From: Dendrobates tinctorius
Taxonomy: Eukaryota
NCBI RefSeq assembly: GCF_039654945.1
Contig: NW_027361754.1
Span: 8,928,001 to 8,992,000 of the forward strand
DNA: 64,000 bases
Direction: 5' to 3'
Positions 1 through 11,470 of the stretch are shown here, piece by piece. The translations under genes and the position numbers were made by a program. The number at the start of each line of letters is the position of its first letter. Positions within the stretch are counted from its first letter, which is position 1. The notes beneath the pieces were generated by a model. That model was not told the origin of the DNA. It worked only from the letters and a program-made list of their open reading frames with translations, and made no database searches.

Positions 1-419
1 CATTTATTTTAAAGTGAATCCTAAAGCCCAGAATTAGATGGCTGCTCTGAAACTTTTTTTTTTTACGTTTCTGCAATACAAAAACGCACATAAAAACACG
101 AGAAGGAATTTGTGCAGAAACGCAGCAGATTGCAACGTAGAAACCGGCGATGTGAAAACCAATCCGGAGCTGCACATACTGGTGGGAGTTGCTGCAGATT
201 TTACCCAACGCCGGTGAAGGGTTAAATCAGCAATGAAGATCCTGAACACGGAGCATGACGGATGCAGGACGCGTCCTGGGCTACTGCAGACAATGACCTG
301 CCCCTCCCTCCTTACACTGCAGCCATGGTCCTAGCCGGGTGCAGGGTGAGGGCAGTGCCCCCGACCAGAACCGTCAGTCCACACCCTACAGGTGACACAG
401 ACACACCGCCGCCACATTA

Positions 420-590
420 CTGCTCCCTACCTGGCTCCAGCGCTGGCTTCACTAGGGTGCGCGCATCCTGATGACGTCACTGCACGTCAACCAATGGACG
501 AGCGGGGCTGAGGTTTCCTCCAATAAGAAAGCACTTTTCTTTTCTTGTGCATCGCTTAATATCTTCCCCCATGTGGACGGTGAGTACCGG
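420..590. promoter_or_regulatory. Probable bidirectional housekeeping promoter (NMNAT1 non-coding exon 1 on +; divergent gene, probably LZIC, on -)
   Basis: NRF1-like TGCGCGCA 458-465, perfect CRE TGACGTCA 472-479, CCAAT at 491 and 520. + strand donor G|GTGAGT at 580 and - strand donor CAG|GTAGGG at about 430. Head-to-head LZIC/NMNAT1 is the known mammalian arrangement, but no LZIC coding sequence is seen here. Confidence 0.6.
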
Positions 591-1224
591 GGGTGTATTG
601 TTGGGGGAGCGCAGGTGACAGATGTGTTATGTTTCTGTGGCACTTGTGGTCTCTGTGCAGGTGGAGCAGCCTGCAGTGCAGCTACACGACTAGACAGAGA
701 CTCAGAGAAGCACAAGGGCAGTACACGTCAGGTGCAGGAGGAGCGACCTCCAGGTGCCCACTCTGGCCCCGTGCAGTGGTGACAGTCACCGCCCTGTACT
801 CCTGGTCCTCACCTGCATTTCTCATTGGGACCTGTCCAGCGACGCCCCCTGTCCACGTCCCGTTCACTTTCACTAGTTCTGCAGGAGTAAGAAATAGGCA
901 CGGCCAAAGATCATGGCTGGCAATGGAGGTGGATGGAGCCCAGACTGCGCTTCACACACCCTGGCCTGGTCCAGCTGACCCGGGGATCTGCCACCGACCT
1001 CCGGGAGAGCGAGAGGGCTTCCTAAATCCGAGAGTGTCCCCTAGGCCTGGTGATGGAGTTATGCTCCTGTCATGGAGGATCCCACACTCCTCCCCACTGT
1101 CCCAGGTTCCTCCAGCATTAGACAGAGGTTGTTCTAAGACTGCAGGCCTTCTGACTGTCCTGGAAATATGTGGTCATTATCCTTGTAGAACAGCCTCCGT
1201 ATGATGTTCACTGTGTACTGCTTC

Positions 1225-1540
1225 TCTTGTCTGTGGCCTTATGGGGTCTCCTGCCCTCGTGGGGGCCCTTCTTTAGCCAAGTTTGCTGTCCCTCATCGAC
1301 CCTCGTGGGGCTCTGTTTCCTGCCCTCACTGCCTTTGTGAGGTCTCATCTCTTCCCATTTTTTGGCCCCGCTTGCTGTCCCCCTACCGGCCCTCGTGGGG
1401 CCCCATCTATCTACTTACCAGGCCTTGTGGGGCCCCATCTCCTGTCTGTCTACCTGCCCTTGTGGGGCCCCATCTCCTGTCTCTATCGGCCCTTGTGGGG
1501 CCTCAATCTCCTACTCTTGTGGGGTCTTGTGGGGTCATCC
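1225..1540. repeat. Degenerate ~34-bp minisatellite (GGCCCTTGTGGGGCCCCATCTCCTGTC...)
   Basis: Repeated CCCT(C/T)GTGGGGCCCC cores, about 9 copies. Confidence 0.75.
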
Positions 1541-2522
1541 ACTTTTCTTAAACCTTTTTTGGACCCTCTGTGTTGCATGTGTCTGTTTTGTTCTTCCTCT
1601 GAGTAGCCCAAACATTATGGCCACAAGTTTCATCCTTTCCATGTCACCTTCTTGTCTTTCATCTGTGATTGATGGCTTTATAAACCTGGTTCCTTCCAGG
1701 GCCTCTCAGAGATATTGGACATTTTCCCTGTAGGACATTTTTTTAAAGTGCATTACCAGTGACAAAACTGATTACTTATTTTCCCCCCAAAAAACAGGAC
1801 TCTACATTGTAATGTTTTAAAGATTGAAAATAAATAAACAGTTACTAGATGAGGGTCCTCTAATTAGCACCCTCATAGCATGGTCAGAGTGGAGCGGTTC
1901 TAGAAAGTGTCTCACCCTCTGGAGGATCTGTCCTGTCTTGCATTACACAGATAACATGATAAAATTAGTGGCGCAATGTAATATGTTTCCTCTAGGGGCA
2001 CTGCAGAGAAATTGAAAACAGATTAGAGCTGATCACTGGGGGTCCCGGCAGGGGGAAACTTTGTGATCACCTTGTCGAGGGTAACGATTTTCTAAATGAA
2101 AAACCCTGATTTAGCTGGATGCAATGTCCCTGAGGTTATTTAAGTAAGAGACCCAAATCTGCAGGTGGCTTTATACATATATTCACTATAACATAGATCC
2201 TGTCCAGTTCCCTCGGTGTGGTGGCGACTCACGTGGTGATTTTTGACTAATCAAATAGAAACGCTTTTAAAATAAACCAATGAGATCAGATATATTTATG
2301 GTCATTGTATTTAATGAGAAATTGAACTTTATGCGGTTCCCTGCAGCACAGAGTATTTCAGGAGAGGAGTGTACTGATTTAGTGGAAGGCAGTCACCTTG
2401 TCCAAATGTGATAAGATTAGTCAGTACAGAACATGTATGGAGGGTGGGGGTCACAGTCTTCTCATCTCTTGGTATACATCACTGTGTGCACCCCCCCCAG
2501 ATCAACATGAGGTCTTCTAGCC

Positions 2523-2684
2523 CAGGGTTCCCCAACTCCAGTCCTCAAGGCCCACCAACAGATCATGTTTTCAGGATTTTCTTAGTATTCCTCAGGTGAT
2601 AATTGCTTCACCTGTGCAATACAAAGGAAATCCTGAAAACATGATCTGTTGGTGGGCCTTGAGGACTGGAGTTGGGGAACACTG
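2523..2684. mobile_element. hAT-type hairpin MITE
   Basis: CAGGGTTCCCCAACTCCAGTCCTCAAGGCCCACCAACAGATCATG... is mirrored at the right end. Imperfect 8-bp TSD TTCTAGCC/GGCTAGCC. Confidence 0.8.
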
Positions 2685-3786
2685 GGCTAGCCAATCACAA
2701 GCGACTCAACTTTTCCAAACTTTCTGTAGTTTAGGATCATCTGAAGCATCTTTATGTAAACCACAATTACAGCAGCACCATCTAATGGTCAGTGGCTTTA
2801 TGGCACGACTTTGGATATAACTACAGTATAGCAATTTTTTCCTTTTGGCAGATGCAGTAGCTCAGGGGAAAGATGTACAGTATATAATTAACTACATTGT
2901 GGAGTTGTATATTATTTTACTTTATACATTTTATAGCTATTGTCTGCTTTAGTGCCTTCTAGCAGATATTGTGGGGGACATGATGGACCCCATTATATTA
3001 CCCCGAGTGGGAGTCATTGTCATGAATAGCTTAACATTGGTTAAACATTTAATACACAGTGACCCATTCTTAGGCATAGACTTAGTGGGTCCTGTAAAAC
3101 ACAAAGCCTGAAAAAGGTGCAGCCTCACACTGACCACTAGGTATGCCAACAACAAGTCCTGCAGCAATCAGTTGTAGGGTCACCCTAACTTGGATATCCC
3201 CTTTAAGAGCTGGGCATTTTTAGGACTTAAAGCACTATGTTTAGCCTGTATGTTATGAATGGAAATTGTATCATTTACTATAATATAACTTTAAAAGGCT
3301 CATGATATGCAGAGATGAGAGCACCCACATACATGAGCAGGTGTGTGACGGTGGGAGCCCTGCTTTACTGCAGGCTGTCAGCCTTGGCTTGTGGTTTTCT
3401 GCTGTGAAAAATGCCCCCCCCCCCCTTGTCTCTGCTCCTTTATTTCCCCTCTAATCTCTGAATGACACAATAATTTGTCCATTTGGGAACATAGCCAAAA
3501 ACTGTCAGCACAGAACCTGCCAATCACTGGGAGACTTCAGTAATCAGGAGCCCCCCACCACTGGCTGCTGCTGGAATCTCTCTCCTCAATTTCATAGTGG
3601 GAAGGGACCATTGTTTCTGATAGAAACTGACTGCTCTCCTGTTCTGCCGCCTCTGTGGACTGATTTGCAGGACCAATAGGTATGAAGCGCATTAGTCCTC
3701 ACTGTTCTCAGTCCGTTCCCCCCCTTCCATTGTCCACAAGTACAGTAGTTCTTTATGAAGCAGCGACTCCGGGGGGCTACAACTCC

Positions 3787-3917
3787 TCAGATGTGCCATG
3801 TACATGGGCAGCAGGTCACTACTTCATAGCAGATGCCGGTTCTAGTTTCTTTACTAAGGACCAGCCCAGGAAAAATGGAGTTGTAGAGCCAGAAAGGGCC
3901 AACGATCAGGAAAAACA
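3787..3917 (-). CDS. Nested ~4-TM membrane protein gene, coding exon 6 (last): (V)FFLIVGPFWLYNSIFPGLVLSKETRTGICYEVVTCCPCTWHI*
   Basis: Minus-strand branch point ACTAAT and acceptor TTTTTTTGCAG. Phase 1 matches exon 5. TGA at 3789-3787 and minus-strand AATAAA at 3444-3439. Confidence 0.85.
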
Positions 3918-5077
3918 CTGCAAAAAAAAGTCCATAGTTCCAAAATTAGTGTCTGATATATTTAAGTTCCCATTTATTCCAAAGCTCTTGGTGCAGATTA
4001 TACAGTGATGTCAGTTCTCAGTCAGGTCAGGAATTGCAGCCATAACATGGACCGTAAAATAGGACCACTACATGGTGGTGTGAATAAGGTCTTATTCTTC
4101 TTTCTGCTGGTTCCTCTTCTGACACTGCCCGTGTGATTCCTACCTAAGGGTTTGTAGCAATGGAGATGTGTAGAGCTGAGCAAAAAAGATTTGTAGGACT
4201 CAGGTTCAGCGGGGACATGAGTGGTCCATTACCATCGACCACACCCCTGCTGGCATCATCAGGACCTCTTCTGGTTTGTAGGGACTCATGCTGCCCCATG
4301 ACATCACGCTGGAATCACATAGCAGAAGAGGCGTCAGGGGTGTCAGCAGCTAGAAGGCGGTTCACAGGGCTTTGGTCCATCCGCCATGGATTACTGACAT
4401 GACTGCTGGAGTAGGGTCCTGCACAAATCATTTTTGCTCAACTCAGGAGACGCATGATAAAGTGGAGAGGGCATGGATTCTTTCTTCTAGCTTTAAGTGG
4501 ATGATATCCGAGAGCAATAGCTCACTTTTGCCTGGACAGCACATACACCGATAATCGATCTTAGGCGTATCGTCTCTACAAGGCACTCCGGGTGTTTCTC
4601 CAATCACAATGGGGGTTGCAGTTTTGCAGGTTGGGGAGCAGTGCTATAGGGGGTTTCCTAGCATATCAATAACAAATGTCATCATTGTCTGATTAATCGG
4701 GGTACAACTCTTTTTATCTCTTCCCATTGTGTTACAGAGCTGTGTAGACACAGGAACAGGACGTGTTGTCTTGGGGCAAAGGCAGAGATTTGGTTTAAGC
4801 CTTTGATAAAGAATTGCAATAAGCTTTTTGGGGTAATTCTTCTCAGTGCCAATAATAATAGCATAAAGAAAAGATAAGTGCCAGTAAGAGTGTCCCCAAA
4901 GTAGCCAGAAATGACCGATAAACCTCCAGAAATAACTCGCCTTCTGATACCACCCTGTTCACACAGATCATATATGCCGGTTGCTTTGTGAAGGTTGACT
5001 GTTGGTACGTCATAGGCTGTAGGATTATCACGTGTCCTCATGTCTTTGTGTGGTTGTATATAGAGATATGTACACAC

Positions 5078-5144
5078 CTGTAGATAAGACACTGATGTAG
5101 GACTGCACCACAGACAGGTAATACAGAGCTGGAGTGCTCATGGC
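5078..5144 (-). CDS. Nested membrane protein gene, coding exon 5: AMSTPALYYLSVVQSYISVLST
   Basis: Acceptor CATCTCTTGCAG, donor CAG|GTGTGT, 67 nt, phase 0->1. Confidence 0.85.
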
Positions 5145-5493
5145 CTGCAAGAGATGGAAGACTTCACGTTTATAGTGTTCTGTCAAATGCAAATTGAAGA
5201 TAAATAGTATGGCAGACTTGAAAGTTCCTACAGGGCCGCGATACAGGGGTGTGCTAAACATCCCAGGTTAACTAGAAAGAAAGCCATTTGCACATGTTGG
5301 TTGAGGTGGTTCCTGTTGTACATTTTGCATCAGCCCGACAGCTATTATATGGCATTAGGACAGCTTGGGGCTCCTATTGGTGGGGGATATATCCAAAATA
5401 TACTTCAGTTTCCTTATAGATTCAGTTCTGTAAATTTTTGCTCATTCTTTATGTAGTAATTCTTGGGTTGAGATCAACAACTCGAGCACTTAC

Positions 5494-5624
5494 ACATTCT
5501 GCAGCCAGAGATGTCATTAGGACAGTGCAGATCCCCTCGATGAAGGAGGCCACCCCAAATATGTGAAAAAGGGTCTTCAGCCAACATGGTATCGGCTCCA
5601 CGAGTGCGAGGATGAGAGCAAACG
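5494..5624 (-). CDS. Nested membrane protein gene, coding exon 4: (A)FALILALVEPIPCWLKTLFHIFGVASFIEGICTVLMTSLAAEC
   Basis: Acceptor CCTTCTATTGCAG, donor GTAAGT, 131 nt, phase 1->0, hydrophobic open frame. Confidence 0.88.
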
Positions 5625-5627
5625 CTG

Positions 5628-7236
5628 CAATAGAAGGTGCACTGTCAGCGCAGGACGGTAATAGAAGGTGGATGGTCAGTGCAAGTCAATAATAGAAGGT
5701 GGACTATTAGCGCAGGGCATTAATAGAAGGTGGACTGTCAGCGCAGGGCAATAATAGAAGGTGGACTGTCAGCGCAGGACGGTAATAGAAGGTGGATGGT
5801 CAGTGCAGGTCAATAATAGAAGGTGCACTGTCAGCGCAAGGCAGTAATAGAAGGTGGACTGTCAGCGCAGGGCAATAATAGAAGGTGGACTGTCAGCGCA
5901 GGTCAATAATAGAAGGTGCACTGTCAGCGCAGGACGGCAACAGAAGGTGGATGGTCAGTGCAGGTCAATAATAGAAGGTGGACTGTCAGCGCAGGTCAAT
6001 AATAGAAGGTGCACTGTCAGCGCAGGACGGTAACAGAAGGTGGATGGTCAGTGCAGGTCAATAATAGAAGGTGCACTGTCAGCGCAGGGCAGTAATAGAA
6101 GGTGGACTGTCAGCGCAGGGCTGTAATAGAAGGTGGACTGTCAGCGCAGGTCAATAATAGAAGGTGGACGGTCAGTGCAGGGCAGTAATAGAAGGTGCAC
6201 TGTCAGCGCAGGGCAGTAATAGGTGGACGGTCAGCGCAGGTCAATAATAGAAGGTGGACTGTCAGCGCAGGGCAGTAATAGAAGGTGGACTGTCAGCGCA
6301 GGGCAGTAATAGAAGGTGGACTGTCAGCGCAGGGCAGTAATAGAAGGTGGACTGTCAGCGCAGGGCAGTAATAGAAGGTGGACTGTCAGCGCAGGTCAAT
6401 AATAGAAGGTGGACGGTCAGTGCAGGGCAGTAATAGAAGGTGCACTGTCAGCGCAGGGCAGTAATAGGTGGACGGTCAGCGCAGGTCAATAATAGAAGGT
6501 GGACTGTCAGCGCAGGGCAATAATAGAAGGTGGACTGTCAGCGCAGGGCAGTAATAGAAGGTGGACTGTCAGTGCAGGTCAATAATAGAAGGTGCACTGT
6601 CAGCGCAGGACGGTAATGCAGGTCAATAATAGAAGGTGCACTGTCAGCGCAGGACGGTAAAAGAAGGTGGATGGTCAGTGCAGGTCAATAATAGAAGGTG
6701 GATGGTCAGTGCAGGTCAATAATAGAAGGTGGACTGTCAGCGCAGGGCAGTAATAGAAGGTGGACTGTCAGTGCAGGTCAATAATAGAAGGTGCACTGTC
6801 AGCGCAGGACGGTAATGCAGGTCAATAATAGAAGGTGCACTGTCAGCGCAGGACGGTAAAAGAAGGTGGATGGTCAGTGCAGGTCAATAATAGAAGGTGC
6901 ACTGTCAGCGCAGGGCAATAATAGAAGGTGGACGGTCAGTGCAGGGCAGTAATAGAAGGTGCACTGTCAGCGCAGGGCAATAATAGAAGGTGGACTGTCA
7001 GCGCAGGGCAGCAATAGAAGGTGGACTGTCAGTGCGGGGCAATAATAGAAGGTGGACTGTCAGTGCGGGGCAATAATAGAAGGTGGACTGTCAGTGCAGG
7101 ACAGTAATAGAAGGTGGACGGTCAGTGCAGGGCAATAATAGAAGGTGGACGGTCAGTGCAGGACAGTAATAGAAGGTGGACGGTCAGTGCAGGGCAATAA
7201 TAGAAGGTGGACTATCAGTGCAGGGCAATAATAGAA
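5628..7236. repeat. 31-bp minisatellite (AATAGAAGGTGGACTGTCAGCGCAGGGCAGT), about 52 copies
   Basis: Direct tandem periodicity of 31 nt. Shared deletion variants recur, showing higher-order duplications. Confidence 0.97.
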
Positions 7237-7469
7237 TTTGGTCTGGCAGTAATACAAGGTGATTGACAGTGGGATGCGGCTGTTTATGCATGTATGGCAG
7301 TGTAGCTTTTCAGTAGCTGGAGAGTCTCAGGTTGGAAACCAGTCTAAGGAATATTCAAAAAGTTTAGATTTTTCAAAAACACCCCTGTAGCCCCCACATA
7401 TGAGACCCTTTGTTTTCTTTTACTAGATCCCCCTTTAAATGCTACATGTAATGCAGTGCAGACTCTCAC

Positions 7470-7549
7470 CAGTTGTGAATAGGGTGAAGCCAATGTTGCA
7501 GATCAGGTTGTTGAGAAGAGGTTGGTTGCAAAATCGCGATGAGCTCGGC
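7470..7549 (-). CDS. Nested membrane protein gene, coding exon 3: PSSSRFCNQPLLNNLICNIGFTLFTT
   Basis: Acceptor TTTTTCCCCACAG, donor CTG|GTGAGA, 80 nt, phase 2->1. Confidence 0.88.
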
Positions 7550-8410
7550 CTGTGGGGAAAATATTGGGGTTAGTTCGATCTACAAACACCAGCTTGAGAT
7601 GCGGACCCCTGACCTGCATACAGTTTATCAACAATGAACCCTATTAAAAAAAAAAGGATTATCTAAACCAGACAACACTTTAAAGAGGTACTGGCCCCTG
7701 GCAGTGATCAGGAAGGGGCGCAGCTCTGTAACATACGTGCTAAATGATGCGACCTTCTTTCATCAGTCGGTGTCTTGGGCTGTGGAGAGGAATCACCTAT
7801 GTCGGGGTCCACACCTGCAGGACGCCAGCTGTTGTACAGGCTGTCAGGGCATGCTGGGAGCTGTAGTGTAACTATAGCAGGAGTGCTGCGAGTTGCTGAC
7901 CTATGTTATAGAATAGGAGCGTTTGCTCTGCCATTGCCCCTACAGGACTAGGATGGGGACATATTCAAAAACCCCTCTATCCCTCAACTGCACTGCTCTG
8001 TGTAGTATGTCATTGTGTTACCTTCCTATAATGGCATCATCTTTATGGAGGTTTTATACCTTGTAGTATTTAGTGCTCAGGTTTATCATGGAGGATGCGG
8101 TGAATGGGAAGTAGAGCTATGGGACAGGCCGCAGCGTCAATCATCCCGAAATTATGTAGGACCACAAGCCAAGCTGAGAGGACAGGTAAGATACCCCCAC
8201 ATGCCGGAAGCTTGGATGTAAAAACTGTAATATTCCAATGGCTGCTTTTGGAGGAAGGTAGCCGTGTTTTTCCTACCCCATACAACACCTTTATTGCAGC
8301 CAGCATAAACAATGGAGGTTCATATTCTGGAAGCCACAATTATAAAATGCATCGTGTCTGCAAAATCCATGAAAGTATCTCATCAGGTATTATATATGGT
8401 ATAGACTTAC

Positions 8411-8479
8411 ACAGACCTGAGCAGTATATACACCTGCGGGACGGTTAGGGTGATCCCTGAGGATGCCACAGTCACCAGC
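8411..8479 (-). CDS. Nested membrane protein gene, coding exon 2: (L)LVTVASSGITLTVPQVYILLR(SV)
   Basis: Acceptor TTTCTCTCTTTCCTCCAG. Two in-frame donors: GTAAGT after 8411 or GTCTGT after 8417. Phase 2->2. Confidence 0.82.
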
Positions 8480-8562
8480 CTGGAGGAAAGAGAGAAATTA
8501 GGAGAGATTAGGGATCATCATGGCGGGTTGCTGTTCATGTAGCAGATAGGGAGCGCACTTAC

Positions 8563-8636
8563 AGTCTGAATTTGTGGGTTCGGGGTAACCAGCGGCTGAG
8601 ATGGTGGGAGACGTGAGCTAGAAAGTAGAAGATCAT
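8563..8636 (-). CDS. Nested membrane protein gene, coding exon 1: MIFYFLAHVSHHLSRWLPRTHKFR
   Basis: ATG at 8636 with A at -3, donor GTAAGT at 8562, 83-nt intron to exon 2. A candidate 5' UTR exon donor CAG|GTGGGT lies at 9587. Confidence 0.75.
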
Positions 8637-11470
8637 GCTGTCTGTCACCTGATCCTCAGCTATGAATAATGTAACGTGGCTCCCGGCTCATTCTGTGCCC
8701 ATTGTAGTCCTGCTCTCCTCCTACGCGGCAGAGGGGACTTAAAAGGCCACATTCACATGGTCAGTATTTTACATCAGTATTTGTAGCCAAAACCAGCAGT
8801 GGCTGATAAATACAGAAGGCATGACGTGTTTCTATTATACTTTTCCTCTGATTGTTCCACTCCTGGTTTTGGCTTACAAATACTGGTGTCAAATACTGAC
8901 CAAATTACGCCTCTCCATTATTAATTCCTGGGCTTGATGTCAGCTGCCAATTCAAAGCTGACATCAGCCCCAATATTATTACCCCACATCGCACCAGGGC
9001 AAGCGAGGCTAAGCGTCAGAATTGGTTCGGCTGAGAGCTGATGTTTTTAGTCTGGTAGGGGGCCAATATCCATGGCCCCTTCCTTGGCTATTAATAACAG
9101 CCCACAGCTGTCTGCCTAGCATTTGCTGGTTATTAGTTATGTGGGACCCTAATCACTTTTTTTGTGGGGGTCCCCTATTTTAATAACCAGTAGAGGCTAA
9201 ACAAACATCTGTGAGCTGATATTAATAGCCTGGGAAGCTCCATGGATATTACCCCGTTCCCAGGCCATAAACATCTGCCCCCAGCTGTTAGCTTTCCCTC
9301 TGCTGGTTAAGAAAATTTCAGGGGATTCCACATCATTTTTTTCAGAAATGTATTTATCAATTACTAATATACATGTACAGTAAGCTACAGATTCACTGTA
9401 CTAATATATATGAGAATATTTACTTTGAAAACTATCTTTATATGACATAGAGAATTACTGTATGTAAAAATCGGACAGATTTTACAAATGTTATTGTGTC
9501 TCCGGCCTTAATAAGAAAGTTGCAGAGTTGCACCTTAAGTTTCCAGAGACATTTCCGGGAACATGCCCAATATCACCTCGTACCCACCTGCATTGGCCAG
9601 CACTACTTTCTTTCATTCTCTTTCCAGATTTGTTCGGTTTTCATAGTTTCTGCACCACTTTTGCAATTGTCACTTCGGCCTGATGATGCATTGTCTGTCC
9701 TTTTGGAAACAGGATGCAAAATTTGCTTCTGGTGTTGCATGGATTAATTCTTCACCATTGCACCAGTCTCCAGTCTCGGTTACCAGTGGAGCTTGCGGAT
9801 GACACCGTGCAGGAGCTCAGCACTCTTCACCACGAGCCAGTTAGTGACTATAACACAGACCATCACTGTGATAGCCAGAGACTGAGCCACCCAATGGAGC
9901 ATGGTGGATGCAGCTACAGGACTGTAGTGGCACTGGGGCAACGTGGCATCTTTGAAAGGGGGGAAGGGAGAGGCTGGGACGGATTAGCATCTCAATGGTT
10001 TATACAGTTGGTTGGATGCAGACAAAAGTATTCAGCAGAGCTATGTGATGTGTGGGCATCTGCTGGCTGCACACTGGGACCATTCTCCAATCTGTGAAAC
10101 TGTGCAAGCAGCGCCCTCTGCTGTACACACGCGTGGAATTTGTGGAGGTGGCTTGTCATAGGTGGAAACATTTTCATTATTTTCAGTAATTAGAGTGCAG
10201 AAAAAAATGATTGTTACATATGTTAGTTGATAAAGTTAGTTAAAAAAATTTCATCCTGCAATTATCATTCATTTTCAGACCTCCTGAATCCAGTTTACAG
10301 TCTTCTCACAGGTTCGGACTTTTCACTTGTGAACGTGCCCCTGTCAGTAATGTTTATTCGGACTCCCATGACAGCACCACGAGAGAGGGGATCCGCCCTT
10401 CGGGAACAGGAAACCTACAGATACAAAAAGGGTGGCACCTCTCCCACGCATCAGTTGGTTTCCTGTTCCTGAGGGGACGGGATCCTGCAGATGACCGGAT
10501 CCCAGGCCGGCCGGCTGGTACAGGTAGCGAGGGGGTCTCCTACCTCGGCCTGGTGCGGAGCTCCTGGAAGACGCCACGGTGGCCCAGGATGGGTGGCACG
10601 GCGGTGGCGTAGGCAGCAGGGAGCGGCGTCCGGAGGAGGTCCGTCTCCATAAGCAGACCGCGCCGGTGAGTATGCCCCCCGGGGACTCCTAACTCCAGCG
10701 GCGCGATCGCGGTGGTCGGGGGGGGGGGGCGGCGCGGCTGCAGAGCGTTGGGGTCGGGGAGCGCTCCATAGTGCAGTGCCCGGGCGTCCCGCGTGACTTC
10801 CGGTCACGTCGGAGTCGCAGTGACGTCAGAAGGCGCCACTGCGCAGGCACGGAGACCCAAGATGGCGGCGCCCATCGGGAGCGCCGGTTCCCCTGCCAAA
10901 AGCGGCGCCAGCTGGGGAGGGGGGCCCTATTAGGGGGGGGGCGCGGCAGGAGGATATCTGCTGTCCGGTGGAGGGGTATATAAGCAGGACCCTAGATGGG
11001 TGCCTTGCCTTGGCCACATTATTGCAAGCCAGTAATGGAGAGCGATCAGGAGCAGCAGCAGCAGCAAAAGCAGCAGCAACGGCGGCAAGAGCGACAATCT
11101 TCACTGCCGCCCCTGGATGACCTTAGGCAGGTCAAACAGAAGAAGAAAGAGGCCCGTGACAGTAAGGAACGTCCGGGACGAAGTGACCAGTCCAGTCATA
11201 AGAGCTCCGCTAGGCGGACAGGAGCATCGACTGACAAAAATCCCCCTCATTCTCCGGTACTTGATTGTGGCACTGGTAAGTGATCTTCGTGAATGTTCAC
11301 TCAGTGATGGGGCCTCCTGTGTTTTATTCTAGGGGAAGAAAGCTACGAGTAAAACCAGACACAGGGAATGCGCACTCTGTGCATGCCCGTTACCAGATTC
11401 ATGCCCCAAAAAGTTATGTCCCCCCCTGTATCCAGCGGACAGTGGCGGAGGAATCGCCCACAGTAGCGGC

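Noticed and set aside
593-1204. 203-aa ORF near the promoter
   Set aside because: No recognisable motif; probably a chance ORF in GC-rich sequence
2949-3110. Alternative minus-strand terminal exon (acceptors at 3092 and 3108)
   Set aside because: Lies beyond the stop codon and AATAAA of the preferred model and has no other support
4682-5092. Hydrophobic 136-aa ORF, or the acceptor at about 4954, as the nested gene's last exon
   Set aside because: The plausible-looking frames do not match the phase of exon 5. The 3917 exon has a much stronger acceptor and completes TM4.
5628-7236. CRISPR-like array
   Set aside because: Head-to-tail 31-bp units with no unique spacers, no cas genes, and a eukaryotic context
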